DNA of 63,892 nt, counting the filler, from a bacterium (GTDB lineage: Bacteria > JALSQH01): assembly GCA_026985515.1 (NCBI GenBank). It is 6 parts of 6 records of this genome, joined end to end, with 100 filler letters (N's around TTAATTAATTAA, not from the genome) between each part and the next. Parts side by side here need not be neighbours in the genome. Positions count along the whole stretch, not along the records: positions 6,709 to 20,041 come from JALSQH010000250.1; positions 20,142 to 30,395 come from JALSQH010000251.1; 4 more parts are not named here. One strand, written 5' to 3'. How positions within the stretch are numbered: the first letter of the stretch is position 1; the number at the start of each line of letters is the position of its first letter. The notes under the pieces are model-generated. The model made no database searches, was not told the origin of the DNA, and saw nothing but the letters and a program-made list of their open reading frames with translations. The translations under genes and the position numbers were made by a program. Positions 17,951 to 28,958 of this stretch are shown in pieces.

Positions 17951-18838
17951 TTATCTGCTGGGCTTGAAAATCAGTACGTTACATTTACATTTTGTCAGAA
18001 CCTTATGTGCTGTTGATCCCATTAATATGCTGAATGTTTCTGAACTCCCATGTGATGACATGGCAATCAGGTCTACCTGGTATTTGTGAGCAACATCAAG
18101 TATCTTTTCCCATGGTTTGCCCTTTTCAAATATTGCTTCTACATCAAATCCTTTTTTTCTGTAATCTTCAACTATTTTTTCAATTCTGCCCTCTGCTTCC
18201 TTTTCAAGTTCCTCTAATCGATGGAAAAATTCTAATGTCCCTATTTCAACGACACCTTCGTAGAGAAATGTGGGCTCTTCAAAGGCGTGCATGACATAGA
18301 ACTTTGGAGAAAAAGGCTGAAGGAGTTCAAAACTTTTTTTCAAAGCCTGGAGAGAGTGTACTGAGAAATCCACCGGGATCAGTATTTTTGAGAAGTTGAC
18401 CGGTTCATTTGGTTTAATGATGAGTGTTGGAATATTGCACTTTCTTGCAATTTTTTCAGAAGTGGAGCCAAGAATTGCTTCTTCTATGCCTGTTCTTCCA
18501 TTGTTTCCGACGATAACGAGAGAAACCCTTCTTCTGCGTGCAACTTCCCTTATTTCTGATGCCGGGTTTCCCTCCCCAATTACAATTTTGTAGGAGTCAA
18601 GATATTGCGATGCCATTGAATCAATCTTTTCCTTTAACTGCTTTTTCAGATCCCTTATCGCTTCTTCGAGAGTTTCAATGAAAATCCAGTAGTTGTAATC
18701 AGTTGGAAGTTTCTCAATTGAATGAAACAGAATTATTTCTGCATCCTCATACTTTTCTTTGAGGATCTTGGCAGTTAAAAGCAGTTTTTCAGTAAGTTCA
18801 GAAAAATCCACGGCAACCAGAATTTTTCTTACTTTCAT
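17951..18838 (-). CDS. Universal stress protein, tandem USP domains
   Basis: KILVAVDFS...GNNGRTGIEEAILGST; KILIPVDFS...SHGSS...LMGST. Confidence 0.93.
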   Translation of the reverse strand: MKVRKILVAVDFSELTEKLLLTAKILKEKYEDAEIILFHSIEKLPTDYNYWIFIETLEEAIRDLKKQLKEKIDSMASQYLDSYKIVIGEGNPASEIREVARRRRVSLVIVGNNGRTGIEEAILGSTSEKIARKCNIPTLIIKPNEPVNFSKILIPVDFSVHSLQALKKSFELLQPFSPKFYVMHAFEEPTFLYEGVVEIGTLEFFHRLEELEKEAEGRIEKIVEDYRKKGFDVEAIFEKGKPWEKILDVAHKYQVDLIAMSSHGSSETFSILMGSTAHKVLTKCKCNVLIFKPSR

Positions 18839-19719
18839 TTCTCCTCCTTTTTTAGAGGTTTTACTGCAAGAACATCACAGCAGGCATTTTCAAGAACTTT
18901 TTCTGTTACACTTCCCAGAATCAGGTGAGAAATCCCGCTTCTGCCATGTGTTCCCATAACGATAAGGTCGAATTGCTCCTTCTTTGCAAGCTGGGTTATC
19001 TTTTTATGTGGCTCCCCCATGAGAATTTTGGTGGTGTACTTTATTTCTGTGAGGTCAAACTTGAGAAGAAACTTGTCCATCTCAAGATGCGCAATTTCTC
19101 GCAAGGAAAGTTTTTTCTCTTTAAGTAGGCGGATGTATGTTGGAGATCTTATTATTGGTTTTACTATGTGAAGGACGGTGAGTTTGGAGTCAAATACCCT
19201 TGCCAGATAGAGGCCCCATTTCATTGCTTCCTCGGAAAATTCCGAAAAATCTACAGGTACCAGAATGCTTTTGATAGAATGGCATGTTCTGTCTCTGCAT
19301 ACCCAGACAGGTTTAGGCGAGTATCTGACCACCTTTTCAGCAGTGCTACCAAGAATTATCCTTTTTATTCTGTGACTGCTTCCGATAACAACGATGTCTG
19401 CATCATACTTGACAGAGGCTTTTACAATTTCTTCGTAAGGTTTTCCTGCTTCCCCGACTATTTCATATTCTATGCCCTCTTCTTTCAATTCCTTTTCTAT
19501 ATCCTCCATGTCTGCAATTCGACCCTTGAGAGCTTCTTCAATATAACTTTTGAAGATGGAGCTGATTTCTGTGGGTATTTCATTATCAGGGACAGTTTCA
19601 AGTACATGTAATAAAATAATTTTTGCATTGAAGGTTTTTGCAAGAAACTTGCCCCTGCAGGTGACAAAAGGGGTAATTTTGGACAGATCAACAGGTAATA
19701 AAATCCTTTTAATCTGCAC
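18835..19719 (-). CDS. Universal stress protein, tandem USP domains
   Basis: RILLPVDLS...ILGSTAEKVV; SILVPVDFS...MGTHGRSGISHLILGSVTEKV. Confidence 0.93.
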   Translation of the reverse strand: MQIKRILLPVDLSKITPFVTCRGKFLAKTFNAKIILLHVLETVPDNEIPTEISSIFKSYIEEALKGRIADMEDIEKELKEEGIEYEIVGEAGKPYEEIVKASVKYDADIVVIGSSHRIKRIILGSTAEKVVRYSPKPVWVCRDRTCHSIKSILVPVDFSEFSEEAMKWGLYLARVFDSKLTVLHIVKPIIRSPTYIRLLKEKKLSLREIAHLEMDKFLLKFDLTEIKYTTKILMGEPHKKITQLAKKEQFDLIVMGTHGRSGISHLILGSVTEKVLENACCDVLAVKPLKKEEK

Positions 19720-19807
19720 TTTATCCTCCCTCTCCTTTTCATTTAATTATAACAGAGGAATCTCCTGATCAAAAATTTTTTAAGTAAAATTTCAGATAAG
19801 GTGGTGT

Positions 19808-20041
19808 TTATGTAAGATTACGGCGATCTCTGTAAAATTTCTCCAGAATGGCAGGAGTGAGCATGAGATCAGCAAGTAGTGCCACAAACATAACAAGTGT
19901 TGTGAGAAGCCCAAAGTGGCGGAGTGGTTTGAGTGCGGAGAGCACTGTGATGATAAATCCAACCGATACGACCACAGTTGTGAAAATCATCGATTTTCCT
20001 ATTCCTGTAAGTGCGGATTTCAGGGGATCCTTTGAGTACCT
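19808..20041 (-). CDS. MMPL/RND transporter, C-terminal fragment (probably same gene as 20142-22109)
   Basis: Open to the gap: RYSKDPLKSALTGIGKSMIFTT...FGLLT...LLADLMLTPAIL, the last TMs of MMPL-family proteins. Confidence 0.85.
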   Translation of the reverse strand, partial: RYSKDPLKSALTGIGKSMIFTTVVVSVGFIITVLSALKPLRHFGLLTTLVMFVALLADLMLTPAILEKFYRDRRNLT

Positions 20042-20141
20042 NNNNNNNNNNNNNNNNNNNNNNNNNNNNNNNNNNNNNNNNNNNNTTAATTAATTAANNN
20101 NNNNNNNNNNNNNNNNNNNNNNNNNNNNNNNNNNNNNNNNN
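20042..20141. other. Artificial contig/scaffold spacer
   Basis: N44-TTAATTAATTAA-N44. Confidence 0.98.
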
Positions 20142-22109
20142 GGCGATGGAAGCCACCATTACTGTGGTCAAATTGAGTGGTATATGTGCAATGGCCATAA
20201 ATGATAGTCCGGCAAGAATGGGAAAGATGTTGGGAAGAATTGTGAGAATGGCTACTCTTGCACTTTTAAAGAAAATGCCAATTATGAGGAATATCATCAG
20301 GAAGGCGGTAAAGAAACTCTCTATCTGGCCCTTCACAATCCTGTCAGCAACTTCAACTATAAGGGAAATTGTTCCGGTAAAGTGAACTTTTATGTTTTTT
20401 GTTCTCCATCTCTGTTTGAGATAATCTGTAAATCCCTTTTTAAGTTCGTCAACCTTCTCGGTATTTACATTCGCTGTCATAACCAGGGATCTGGCAAAGG
20501 AATATTCCTCGTTGACTGTCATATTCAGAAATTCGCTTCCCTCCATCAGAAGGAGATACTGGGCTATGAGATTATTATTGCGGGGAATTCTGAAGTATGC
20601 CGGGCCCCCCCTGTGAAAAATTCTGTTCACTTCTTTAACGATAACAGGAAGTGATATTATTTTTCTTACCTGCCTGTAATGACCTATGAATCTTTCAAAC
20701 CTGTCCATTTCTGTTAAAGCTTTTTTATGCTTAAAGGTATTTGTCTCTCCCCTGTAGGTTATCAAAATGGGGGCTGATCCCGAAAGATGAGTATCAATAA
20801 TTGAGTATGCCACCCTGACAGGATCTTTCGGTGAGAAGTATTCTCTCATGCTTGATTCAACTTTGAGAAAGAATACAAAGGGAAGCATGAAGATTACTAA
20901 AATAAGCGAAATCAGAATGATTACATTTTTCCGCCTTTTTATAAAGGAGGGTAAAAATTCCAGAAAATTGTCAAGTAATCCCCGTTGAGTTCTTTTTATA
21001 GATACCTGGCTCCTGTGGGGAATTATCATGAGAAGAGAAGGCACAAAAGTTATGGTGTAGAGATAAGCAACCATTACTCCAACAGCAGCAATTTCTCCAA
21101 GTTCTTTTACCGTCTGAATATTGCTGAACATGAGAGAGGAAAATCCAAGTGCTGTAGTAAAGCTTGTCATAAAGCAGGGTCCTATCATTCTTTCAAGGGT
21201 GTTAACAAGAGCTTTCTTTTTGTCGTTGAGAATCGTAAATTCTCCTTTGTAGTGGTTGAGAATGTGTATGACATCTGTCAGTCCAATTACACTTATCAGT
21301 GTTGGCAGGATTGAGGTGGATATGTTTATGTTTTTTCCCGTCAGGACGAGATATGCAAGGGCAACAATCATGGTGGACCATACTGAGAGATTGGGTAAAA
21401 GGATGAAGTAAAAGTTCCTGAATATGAAAAATAGGATTATGAAAACAATTATTACCGGGAGAATTGTGAAGATGTAAATGTCATGACGAACCTTGAAGTA
21501 AAGCTCCTCTATCATTATAGGTGCACCTGCAAGGTAGAATTTCTTAAAGTTTTTACGTAAAATCCTTTTTATCTGTTTCACAACAGATACAATTCTATTC
21601 TCATTGTATGCCTGTTCTGAGAGGGTTATATAGATAGCTGTGTATTTCAGGTCATCTGAGACAATATAGTTCTGAAGAAGATTTGAGATTAAAAGAAGCC
21701 TTTTTAGTTCTTTTATTTCTTTTCTTTCAGGCGGTGTGTGTGGCACTATTGGACCGGTTGATATTGTATTTCCCGAGGTTTTGATGTAGCTGAAATTTGT
21801 TATTCCAGAAACACTTTCAATGTATGGAATTCTTTTTAAATCGTTTATGCACCTTTCAATTGCCACATAATCAGCAGGGTCATTGATATTCCAGGGAATT
21901 GCTGCTGTAATTAGTCTGTCACTTCCAAATTCTTTTATTGTTTCTTCAAGCACAGAAGTATCAGACACATTTTTCAGAACCAGTTCTTTCAATGAATTAT
22001 TGATCCTGAGATCCGGTAGATAGGTTGATGAAAAGATGACAAGAATCAGATCAAAGAGAAATAGATAGGGATAATTTTTTACTATGAATCTTGCTAACCA
22101 GCTTACCAC
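20142..22109 (-). CDS. MMPL/RND family (HpnN-like) lipid transporter, N-terminal part
   Basis: Two TM + periplasmic repeats; IGLTDVIHILNHY, TSFTTALGFSSL, LPNIFPI...LNLTTVMVASIA. Confidence 0.9.
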
Positions 22110-22148
22110 ATGTTAATTTTAAAACTTTGAAGGGAAAAAGGAAAGGAG

Positions 22149-23657
22149 TTAACCCCTTTCCTTTTGATATCTGAGTTTCTTATAGAAGAATGGCAGGAGG
22201 ATCATCAGGAGAAAACCTGGCAGAATATTTCCGTTTCCACTCATGTCACATCCACCTCCACCACCTGAGTGTGAACCTGGAGGAGGTGGTGCTGTTACAT
22301 TTATTGTGAAGTGCTGAAGCATGAAACTGCTGCCGTTGTCCACTTCCACAATTACATGATAAAGGCCGGTTTTTGGTGGATGCCACTGAATATACCCGCT
22401 TCCTGAATCTATACTCATTCCATCAGGAGCATAAAGGAGACCATAGTGAAGTGTCCCTGATCCCTCAGCCTGTACATCATATATGTAGTTGTTGCCAAGC
22501 TGTACACTTCTGGGAGGATAACTTGTTATATTGGGAGAATTCTCATTGAGATACATACCATTGAGAACAAGCAACGGATGACCGGGGGCTCCTGTTCTGG
22601 AATCACCATAGTAGAAGGAGTAGTCCTGATTTACAATGACATGTGCATTAAAAGCTCTTGTGGGATCGAAGAACCAGTCTCCCCTCAGAACAGATGAACT
22701 GTCACCGTAATCGTCAAAGAACCAGGGAAGAACTTCACCCGGGAGGTAGTTGCCATTATAGAGGGCTGATTTCAGGGTCTTACCGAAATTTCCGGGCCAT
22801 CCAAGAATGTATCCATAGTAATTGTCGGTGGAGTCAAACATTTCTGGATGTGAAAATTGCAACTCCCAGATTCCCCTTGAAGAGGTGATGTCTATAAGTT
22901 CATAGGGAACAGGATTGAGGTTGTTTATGTCTCCTCCAAGGTCATCGTTGGAAATGGATTCATCCCCTGCTGCTGGAGCAGTGAAATCTGTTGCATTTGG
23001 ATCAAAGTAATAGGTAAGCATGTGTAGAGACTCAGTTTTTATTCCTTCAAGCCAGTTCCTCAAATCATGGCCTTTGCCGTCATGTGCATAACTTGCAAAT
23101 AACACTGGATGATTACCATACATACCTGCAGCAGAGTAAGAGTCATCGTAGAAATCGAGTCCACCACTTATATTGAGGCTTCCACTTTCTATGTCGTTAC
23201 CCTGTTGTTCTTTGTAGACGGAAACTCTGTTATTTGTCATGATTTCAAGGGCAGTGAAGTCACCGTAAGTAGAACCATCCTTGTAAACCACCACCATTAT
23301 TCCGTCAAACTCGTGTGAGTATGGTGACAGACCACCTTCATTTGTCCATACGTGGTAGAGGAAGTAGTAGATGAAAAAGTGAGTTTTACTTTCAATAACG
23401 AAGTAGTAAACCGCAGCAGGTAACTGTCCATTGTCATTCAGGGCATTCTGAATATTGTTGGTGGGATCAAAATCTCCATCAAAGTCAACAGAAGTGATTC
23501 TGTCAAATGCGCCGGTTGAGTCGGGGTAGACCTCCTGGTAAATTACAGGAGCATAGTGTTCCGCTAATTCTTTGTATGAGGCGTATCCAGAAAGTCTGCC
23601 TGCCCACAGGCCCCCTAAAAATAAAGTGATGGTTAAAAATACCTTCACCTTTCTCAT
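22149..23657 (-). CDS. Secreted surface protein: unknown N-domain + putative Ig (He_PIG-like) domain + GGGGGC-TM C-terminal sorting signal
   Basis: Signal peptide from ATG 23657 (SD GGAGG); PNITSYPP...APDGMSIDSGSGYIQWHP; SGGGGGCDMS + hydrophobic helix + KKLR. Confidence 0.8.
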   Translation of the reverse strand: MRKVKVFLTITLFLGGLWAGRLSGYASYKELAEHYAPVIYQEVYPDSTGAFDRITSVDFDGDFDPTNNIQNALNDNGQLPAAVYYFVIESKTHFFIYYFLYHVWTNEGGLSPYSHEFDGIMVVVYKDGSTYGDFTALEIMTNNRVSVYKEQQGNDIESGSLNISGGLDFYDDSYSAAGMYGNHPVLFASYAHDGKGHDLRNWLEGIKTESLHMLTYYFDPNATDFTAPAAGDESISNDDLGGDINNLNPVPYELIDITSSRGIWELQFSHPEMFDSTDNYYGYILGWPGNFGKTLKSALYNGNYLPGEVLPWFFDDYGDSSSVLRGDWFFDPTRAFNAHVIVNQDYSFYYGDSRTGAPGHPLLVLNGMYLNENSPNITSYPPRSVQLGNNYIYDVQAEGSGTLHYGLLYAPDGMSIDSGSGYIQWHPPKTGLYHVIVEVDNGSSFMLQHFTINVTAPPPPGSHSGGGGGCDMSGNGNILPGFLLMILLPFFYKKLRYQKERG

Positions 23658-23679
23658 GATGCACCTCCCTTCTCTAAAT

Positions 23680-23708
23680 ACCTTATCACAAAGAATTTTT
23701 AAAGTCAA
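23680..23708 (-). promoter_or_regulatory. sigma70 promoter of 22149-23657
   Basis: TTGACT-17 nt-TAAGGT with TGn extension. Confidence 0.5.
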
Positions 23709-23813
23709 GACGCCAGTTTTGGCACAAATAAAATTTTTGCGAACAAAACTTGACAGTACCCCTCCTTTTCTCTGTTTGTATTTTGTGTATTTTTCTGGTA
23801 AAATATTCCTGCA

Positions 23814-24098
23814 ATGGAAGAGAGAGAAGTAAAAGTTGTAATTGGAGGGAAGGTTTTTACGATTTTAACTTCTGAGAGTGAAGAAGTTATCAGAGCTGGT
23901 GAAAGATTGATAAATGAAAGATGGAAGGAGCTTGCAGGAAAGCTGGAAAATCTTGATAGTTTCTCCAGATGGCTGCTTTTATCTTTTGATCTTGCAGTGG
24001 ATCTGGTCAAGGCTGAGAAATTGCAGGAGAATTTGAAACTGCTTGGAAATAGAGCTTCAGAAGTACTTGAAAGATTTGGGGAGAGAGGCGGGGATTAA
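23814..24098 (+). CDS. zapA: Cell division protein ZapA
   Basis: VKVVIGGKVFTI...coiled coil; position before 6S/5-FCL/rny. Confidence 0.8.
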   Translation: MEEREVKVVIGGKVFTILTSESEEVIRAGERLINERWKELAGKLENLDSFSRWLLLSFDLAVDLVKAEKLQENLKLLGNRASEVLERFGERGGD

Positions 24099-24107
24099 AA
24101 TATAAGG

Positions 24108-24217
24108 AAAGGGGAAAGAAGAGGAAGCAATGGCAAATTCATATATAAATTCGTCGGTAAGGACTTATTACATCCCCTTTAAATCAAGATAATTTTCGTT
24201 TCCTCTCTTTCCCCTTA
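24108..24217 (+). ncRNA. ssrS: Candidate 6S RNA, unusually short (about 110 nt)
   Basis: Canonical zapA-ssrS-ygfA position; about 19-bp terminal helix 24109-24128 / 24198-24216; TAAAAT at 24096-24101 placing a TSS near the helix 5' end. Confidence 0.55.
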
Positions 24218-24228
24218 CAGGTGTTATT

Positions 24229-24771
24229 ATGAAGTTTGACATAAGGAACTTCTGTCTGGCATATAGATTTTCTCTATCATCAGAAGTTAAGAGAATTATC
24301 GAATTGATTTTTCTCCACAAAACAGGCAACCTTGTGAGGAAATCCGGTGTTAAATTTGTGGGTATTTACTATCCTGTAAAAAGAGAGCCTTCCCTTCTCA
24401 AGTTAATGGAAGTTGCTGAAGAAATTAGGTTTTACTTCCCTGTAATGAAGGAGAAAGATCTCTGCTGGGGTAGTTACAGGGGGTGGAACCGGGGAAAAAT
24501 TAACAGATACGGAATATGGGAGCCTGAAAGGTGTGATAATGAAATACCAGAACTGATTCTTGTTCCAGGTGTCGCATTTGATATGAAGGGTTACAGAGTG
24601 GGATATGGAGGAGGTTTTTTTGACAGATTCCTGGAAAATTACAGCGGGATCAGTGTTGGAATTGTGTATGACAGGTGCCTCTTCAGAGAGTTGCCTGCTG
24701 AAGAGCATGATATTCCCGTAAAACTTGTTGTTAGTGAGAAGAAAGTGGTAGGAGAGAGGGTGTCTGTATAA
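24229..24771 (+). CDS. ygfA: 5-formyltetrahydrofolate cyclo-ligase
   Basis: GIWEP...ILVPGVAFD..GYRVGYGGGFFDRFL...EEHDIPV. Confidence 0.93.
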   Translation: MKFDIRNFCLAYRFSLSSEVKRIIELIFLHKTGNLVRKSGVKFVGIYYPVKREPSLLKLMEVAEEIRFYFPVMKEKDLCWGSYRGWNRGKINRYGIWEPERCDNEIPELILVPGVAFDMKGYRVGYGGGFFDRFLENYSGISVGIVYDRCLFRELPAEEHDIPVKLVVSEKKVVGERVSV

Positions 24772-24786
24772 AAAAGGAGGTTGAAA

Positions 24787-26346
24787 ATGTCAGGTATTTA
24801 TCTTGTGGTAACTGGTTTGATCGCTTTGATAGCAGGAATAGGTGCTGGATACTTAATTTTTAACAGACTTTCCACCAAAAGGGTGGAGGATGCCAGGAAC
24901 CTTGCTGATCAGATTATAGAAGAGGCAAAAAAAGAGGCTGAGAACATCAAGAAAGAGGCGGAGTTAAAGACAAAGTCTGAATTGCTCAAGCTTCAATCTG
25001 AAATGGAAAAGAAGTACAGAGAAAAGGAAGAAGAATTCAGAAAGAAAGAGCAGAGACTGATTCAGAAGGAGGAGGTGCTTGACAGGAGAATAGATCAGGT
25101 TGAGAAGAAGGAGCAGGAACTTATAAAGAGAGAAAGGGACATTATTGAAACTGAGAGGAATCTTGAGAGAAGAGTTACCTATTATGATCAGCTGGTGGAA
25201 GAGGTTAAAACAAGGCTGGAGCGGATAGCGGGGATGACAAGAGAAGAGGCAAAGGAGGAGCTCAAGCAACAGATCATTGATGAAGCAAAACTGGAAGCTG
25301 CCAAGACTGTGAAACAGATCATTGAAGAGGCAAAAGAAGAGGCTGAGAGGGAGGCCAAGAAAATAATAGCACTGACAATTCAGAGGTACGCTGGTGACTA
25401 CGTCTCTGAATCCACTGTTTCTGTTGTGACGCTTCCCAATGATGAGATGAAGGGAAGGATAATTGGAAGGGAGGGTAGAAACATAAGGGCAATAGAGGCT
25501 GCCACAGGGGTAGATGTGATAATTGATGATACACCTGAAGCTGTTATCATATCGGCCCATAACCCTGTCAGGAGAGAAATAGCAAGGCTTTCTCTTGAAA
25601 AACTTGTTGCTGATGGAAGAATTCATCCTGCAAGAATTGAGGAGGTGGTTCAGCAGTCAAAGAAGGAAATTGAAAGGGAGATCAAGGAGGCTGGAGAGAA
25701 GGCTGTTTTTGATCTTGGAATTTCAAAACTTCACCCTGAATTGGTCAAACTTGTGGGAAGGTTGAAATACAGAACGAGTTTCGGGCAGAATATTTATGTT
25801 CATTCTATGGAGGTGGCTTTTATCTCGGGAATGATGGCTTCTGAACTGGGCCTTGATGTGAAAATGGCACGAAGGGCGGGACTTCTGCATGATATAGGAA
25901 AGGCTGTGGACCATGAATTTGAAGGTACCCATGCTCAGATTGGTGCAGATCTTGCCAAGAAATATGGAGAACCCCCAGAGATAGTTCAGGCTATTGCTCA
26001 GCACCATGATGATAATCCTGAAAGTATCCTTGCTGTTATTGTTCAGGCTGCAGATGCTCTTTCCGCTGCAAGGCCGGGTGCAAGAAGAGAAATGCTTGAG
26101 AATTACATCAGGAGACTTGAAGAACTTGAGAACATAGCAATGCAGTTTCACGGGGTTCAGAAAGCATATGCAATTCAGGCTGGAAGAGAGCTGAGGGTAA
26201 TAGTTCAGAGTGACAAAATAAGCGACGAGGAATCCCTGATGTTATCCAGGGATATTGCAAAGGAGATTGAGAAAAATTTAAACTATCCCGGTCAGATAAA
26301 GGTTACTGTTATAAGGGAGACAAGAGCAATTTCCTTTGCGAGGTAG
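24787..26346 (+). CDS. rny: Ribonuclease Y
   Basis: N-terminal TM, coiled coil, KH domain [15 protein letters not shown] domain LLHDIGK; SD AGGAGG. Confidence 0.97.
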   Translation: MSGIYLVVTGLIALIAGIGAGYLIFNRLSTKRVEDARNLADQIIEEAKKEAENIKKEAELKTKSELLKLQSEMEKKYREKEEEFRKKEQRLIQKEEVLDRRIDQVEKKEQELIKRERDIIETERNLERRVTYYDQLVEEVKTRLERIAGMTREEAKEELKQQIIDEAKLEAAKTVKQIIEEAKEEAEREAKKIIALTIQRYAGDYVSESTVSVVTLPNDEMKGRIIGREGRNIRAIEAATGVDVIIDDTPEAVIISAHNPVRREIARLSLEKLVADGRIHPARIEEVVQQSKKEIEREIKEAGEKAVFDLGISKLHPELVKLVGRLKYRTSFGQNIYVHSMEVAFISGMMASELGLDVKMARRAGLLHDIGKAVDHEFEGTHAQIGADLAKKYGEPPEIVQAIAQHHDDNPESILAVIVQAADALSAARPGARREMLENYIRRLEELENIAMQFHGVQKAYAIQAGRELRVIVQSDKISDEESLMLSRDIAKEIEKNLNYPGQIKVTVIRETRAISFAR

Positions 26347-26349
26347 ATT

Positions 26350-27126
26350 ATGAAGATCCTTTTTCTTGGCGATATAGTTGGGAAACCGGGAAGAAGAGCA
26401 GTGAAGAAATTTTTATCAGAATTCAGGGACTTTGATTTTTTGATAGCCAATGTTGAGAACAGTGCCGGCGGTTTTGGAATAACGGGACCGGTCTTCAACG
26501 AGTTGAAAGAAATGGGAATTGATGTGATGACATCAGGAAATCATATATGGGATAAGAAGGATGGTGCAAAGGTTCTGGATGAGTATCCTGAATTCATACT
26601 GAGACCCGCTAATTATCCCCCGGGAGTGATGGGTAAGGGTTACACCGTAAGAAAGAAAAATAACTTTAAAATAGGTGTGATAAACCTTCAGGGAAGAGTC
26701 TTCATGGATCCAATTGATGATCCTTTCAGAAAAGCGGAAGAGATCCTTGATGAGATAAGGAGTGAGGCTGATATAATTATTGTTGATTTTCATGCTGAAG
26801 CCACTGCCGAAAAGCAGGCTCTGGGCTGGTTTCTTGATGGAAAAGTTACAGCTGTTATAGGTACACATACGCATGTTCAGACTGCCGATGAAAGATTATT
26901 GAAAAAGGGAACATTTTATATCACCGATGCGGGAATGTGTGGATCCGTTGATTCAGTGATAGGAACTAAAATAGAAGATGCTCTTTACAGAATCAGGTTT
27001 CAGATCCCTGTAAGATTCAATGTTGCAAAGGGGGAAGAAGAGGTCCAGGGGGTTTTGATTGAAATTGACAATGCAGGCAGAGTAGTTGATTATAAACGTA
27101 TAAAGGAGAGGATTGAAAGTGAGTGA
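26350..27126 (+). CDS. ymdB: YmdB/TIGR00282 family metallophosphoesterase
   Basis: [38 protein letters not shown]; follows rny. Confidence 0.93.
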   Translation: MKILFLGDIVGKPGRRAVKKFLSEFRDFDFLIANVENSAGGFGITGPVFNELKEMGIDVMTSGNHIWDKKDGAKVLDEYPEFILRPANYPPGVMGKGYTVRKKNNFKIGVINLQGRVFMDPIDDPFRKAEEILDEIRSEADIIIVDFHAEATAEKQALGWFLDGKVTAVIGTHTHVQTADERLLKKGTFYITDAGMCGSVDSVIGTKIEDALYRIRFQIPVRFNVAKGEEEVQGVLIEIDNAGRVVDYKRIKERIESE

Positions 27127-28336
27127 AAAGGTGAGATCTGTTGAAGAGGCTTACAAATTTTTGATGAGAGGTGTTGTGGAAGTTATACCTGAAGATGGTC
27201 TCCTCAAAAAGCTTGAAGAGTCCTACAGAACTGGCAGGCCCCTGAAGATAAAGGCTGGTTTTGATCCAACTGCACCAGATCTCCATCTTGGTCACACTGT
27301 GTTGATCAACAAATTGAGACAATTTCAGGATCTGGGACATGAGGTTTACTTTCTAATTGGAGATTTTACAGGGATGATCGGTGATCCCACTGGAAGAAGT
27401 GAAACGAGGAAAGCTTTGACTCGTGAAGAAGTATTGAAAAATGCGGAGACCTACAGAAGGCAGGTTTTCAAGATTCTTGATCCGGAGAAAACAAAAATTG
27501 TTTTTAACAGTGAATGGAATGAAAAGTTGACACCCAGAGAATTCATTGAACTGCTTGCAAAATTTACCGTGGCGCAGATGCTAGAGAGGGATGATTTTTC
27601 AAAGAGATTCCGGGAAAATAAGCCTATTTTTCTGCATGAATTACTCTATCCCATAATTCAGGGATACGATTCTGTGGCTTTGAGGGCGGATGTAGAACTT
27701 GGAGGTACAGATCAGAAGTTTAATTTGCTTGTTGGCAGGCAGCTACAGAAAGAATTTGGACAGGAACCACAGGTTGTCATGATGATGCCGCTTCTTGTGG
27801 GGCTGGATGGTGTACAGAAGATGAGTAAATCCTATGGTAATTATGTGGGAATTGAGGAACCTCCCCAGGAGATGTTTGGAAAAATCATGTCTATTTCAGA
27901 TGAATTGATGATTACATACTATGAGTTGCTCAGCAACTGCAGCAACGAGTATCTTGAAAAAGTGAAAAGGGGTGAAATCCACCCCATGGAGGCAAAAGAA
28001 AATCTCGCCTTTGAAATTGTAGAACGATTTCATGGAAGAGAAGAGGCGGAAAGGGCAAGGGAAACTTTCAGAAAGCTCTTTTCAAAAAGAGAGATTCGTG
28101 AAGAGGATCTTCCTGAAATAGTTTTGCCCGCATCCAGGGATGAAGAATGGTTGCCCTCAATTTTGAAAGAAGCAGGAGTGATAAACAGCACTTCTGAAGG
28201 TAAGAGATTGCTTCAACAGGGAGCTGTGAAAATAAACAATGAAAAGATAACCGACCCAGATTTCAGATTGAAGCGTGAGGGAAAATACATTTTCAGGGTG
28301 GGGAAGAAAAAATTTTTTCTCTTGAGATTTGAGTAA
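27119..28336 (+). CDS. tyrS: Tyrosine--tRNA ligase
   Basis: [32 protein letters not shown]-terminal S4 domain. Confidence 0.97.
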   Translation: MSEKVRSVEEAYKFLMRGVVEVIPEDGLLKKLEESYRTGRPLKIKAGFDPTAPDLHLGHTVLINKLRQFQDLGHEVYFLIGDFTGMIGDPTGRSETRKALTREEVLKNAETYRRQVFKILDPEKTKIVFNSEWNEKLTPREFIELLAKFTVAQMLERDDFSKRFRENKPIFLHELLYPIIQGYDSVALRADVELGGTDQKFNLLVGRQLQKEFGQEPQVVMMMPLLVGLDGVQKMSKSYGNYVGIEEPPQEMFGKIMSISDELMITYYELLSNCSNEYLEKVKRGEIHPMEAKENLAFEIVERFHGREEAERARETFRKLFSKREIREEDLPEIVLPASRDEEWLPSILKEAGVINSTSEGKRLLQQGAVKINNEKITDPDFRLKREGKYIFRVGKKKFFLLRFE

Positions 28337-28366
28337 AGGATTTTTTTGGGCTAAAATAAAAGACGA

Positions 28367-28957
28367 ATGAAAAAGTTCACGAAAATTATTGCTGCAGGTA
28401 TTGTATTTCTTCTTGTTTTTACTTATGGCTGTGGCGAAGAAAAGGGAAACGGGACTTCTACTTCTTCTTCAAATGGGGGAACGCGTTTTACAGGATATGT
28501 TCCGGGCAAAAAGTCGGAAGGTAAATCAGGGGAAACTGAACTACCGGAAGCCCCTGAGGAGAATGGAATCTCTTTTACAGTTAGAGACAGTAATGTAACC
28601 ATACCTCCGGAACAGATAAGCATAGTGGAACAGCAGGCTTTTATTTACATAGGTGGCAATGTGGAGGTAGATAATGTTACATACAGCATAAGCTTCACTT
28701 TCATAAAGTCGGTTTCTTATCCTCACACATACAATCTGGTTACTGGAAGACCCCAGTCTCAGGATGATGCAGTCTTTTTCTATCAGGAAGCGGTGTCAGG
28801 TGGGACAGTGAAAACCATTCAGAAGGTAAAGGATGGATTACTGGTGGTCAAAAAGCTTAGCGACAGAGAAATTACAGGTGGATTCTGGGCAAGAATAGGA
28901 CTTGACAATGGTGAAGATCTCTATATCCACGATGGAACAATAAACCTGGAGAGGTGA
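28367..28957 (+). CDS. Hypothetical lipoprotein
   Basis: MKK + hydrophobic core + TYGC lipobox, low-complexity linker, beta-rich domain. Confidence 0.8.
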   Translation: MKKFTKIIAAGIVFLLVFTYGCGEEKGNGTSTSSSNGGTRFTGYVPGKKSEGKSGETELPEAPEENGISFTVRDSNVTIPPEQISIVEQQAFIYIGGNVEVDNVTYSISFTFIKSVSYPHTYNLVTGRPQSQDDAVFFYQEAVSGGTVKTIQKVKDGLLVVKKLSDREITGGFWARIGLDNGEDLYIHDGTINLER

Positions 28958-28958
28958 A

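Noticed and set aside
23720-23740. TGGCAC...TTGC as a sigma54 promoter
   Set aside because: GG to GC spacing is 16 nt instead of 10.
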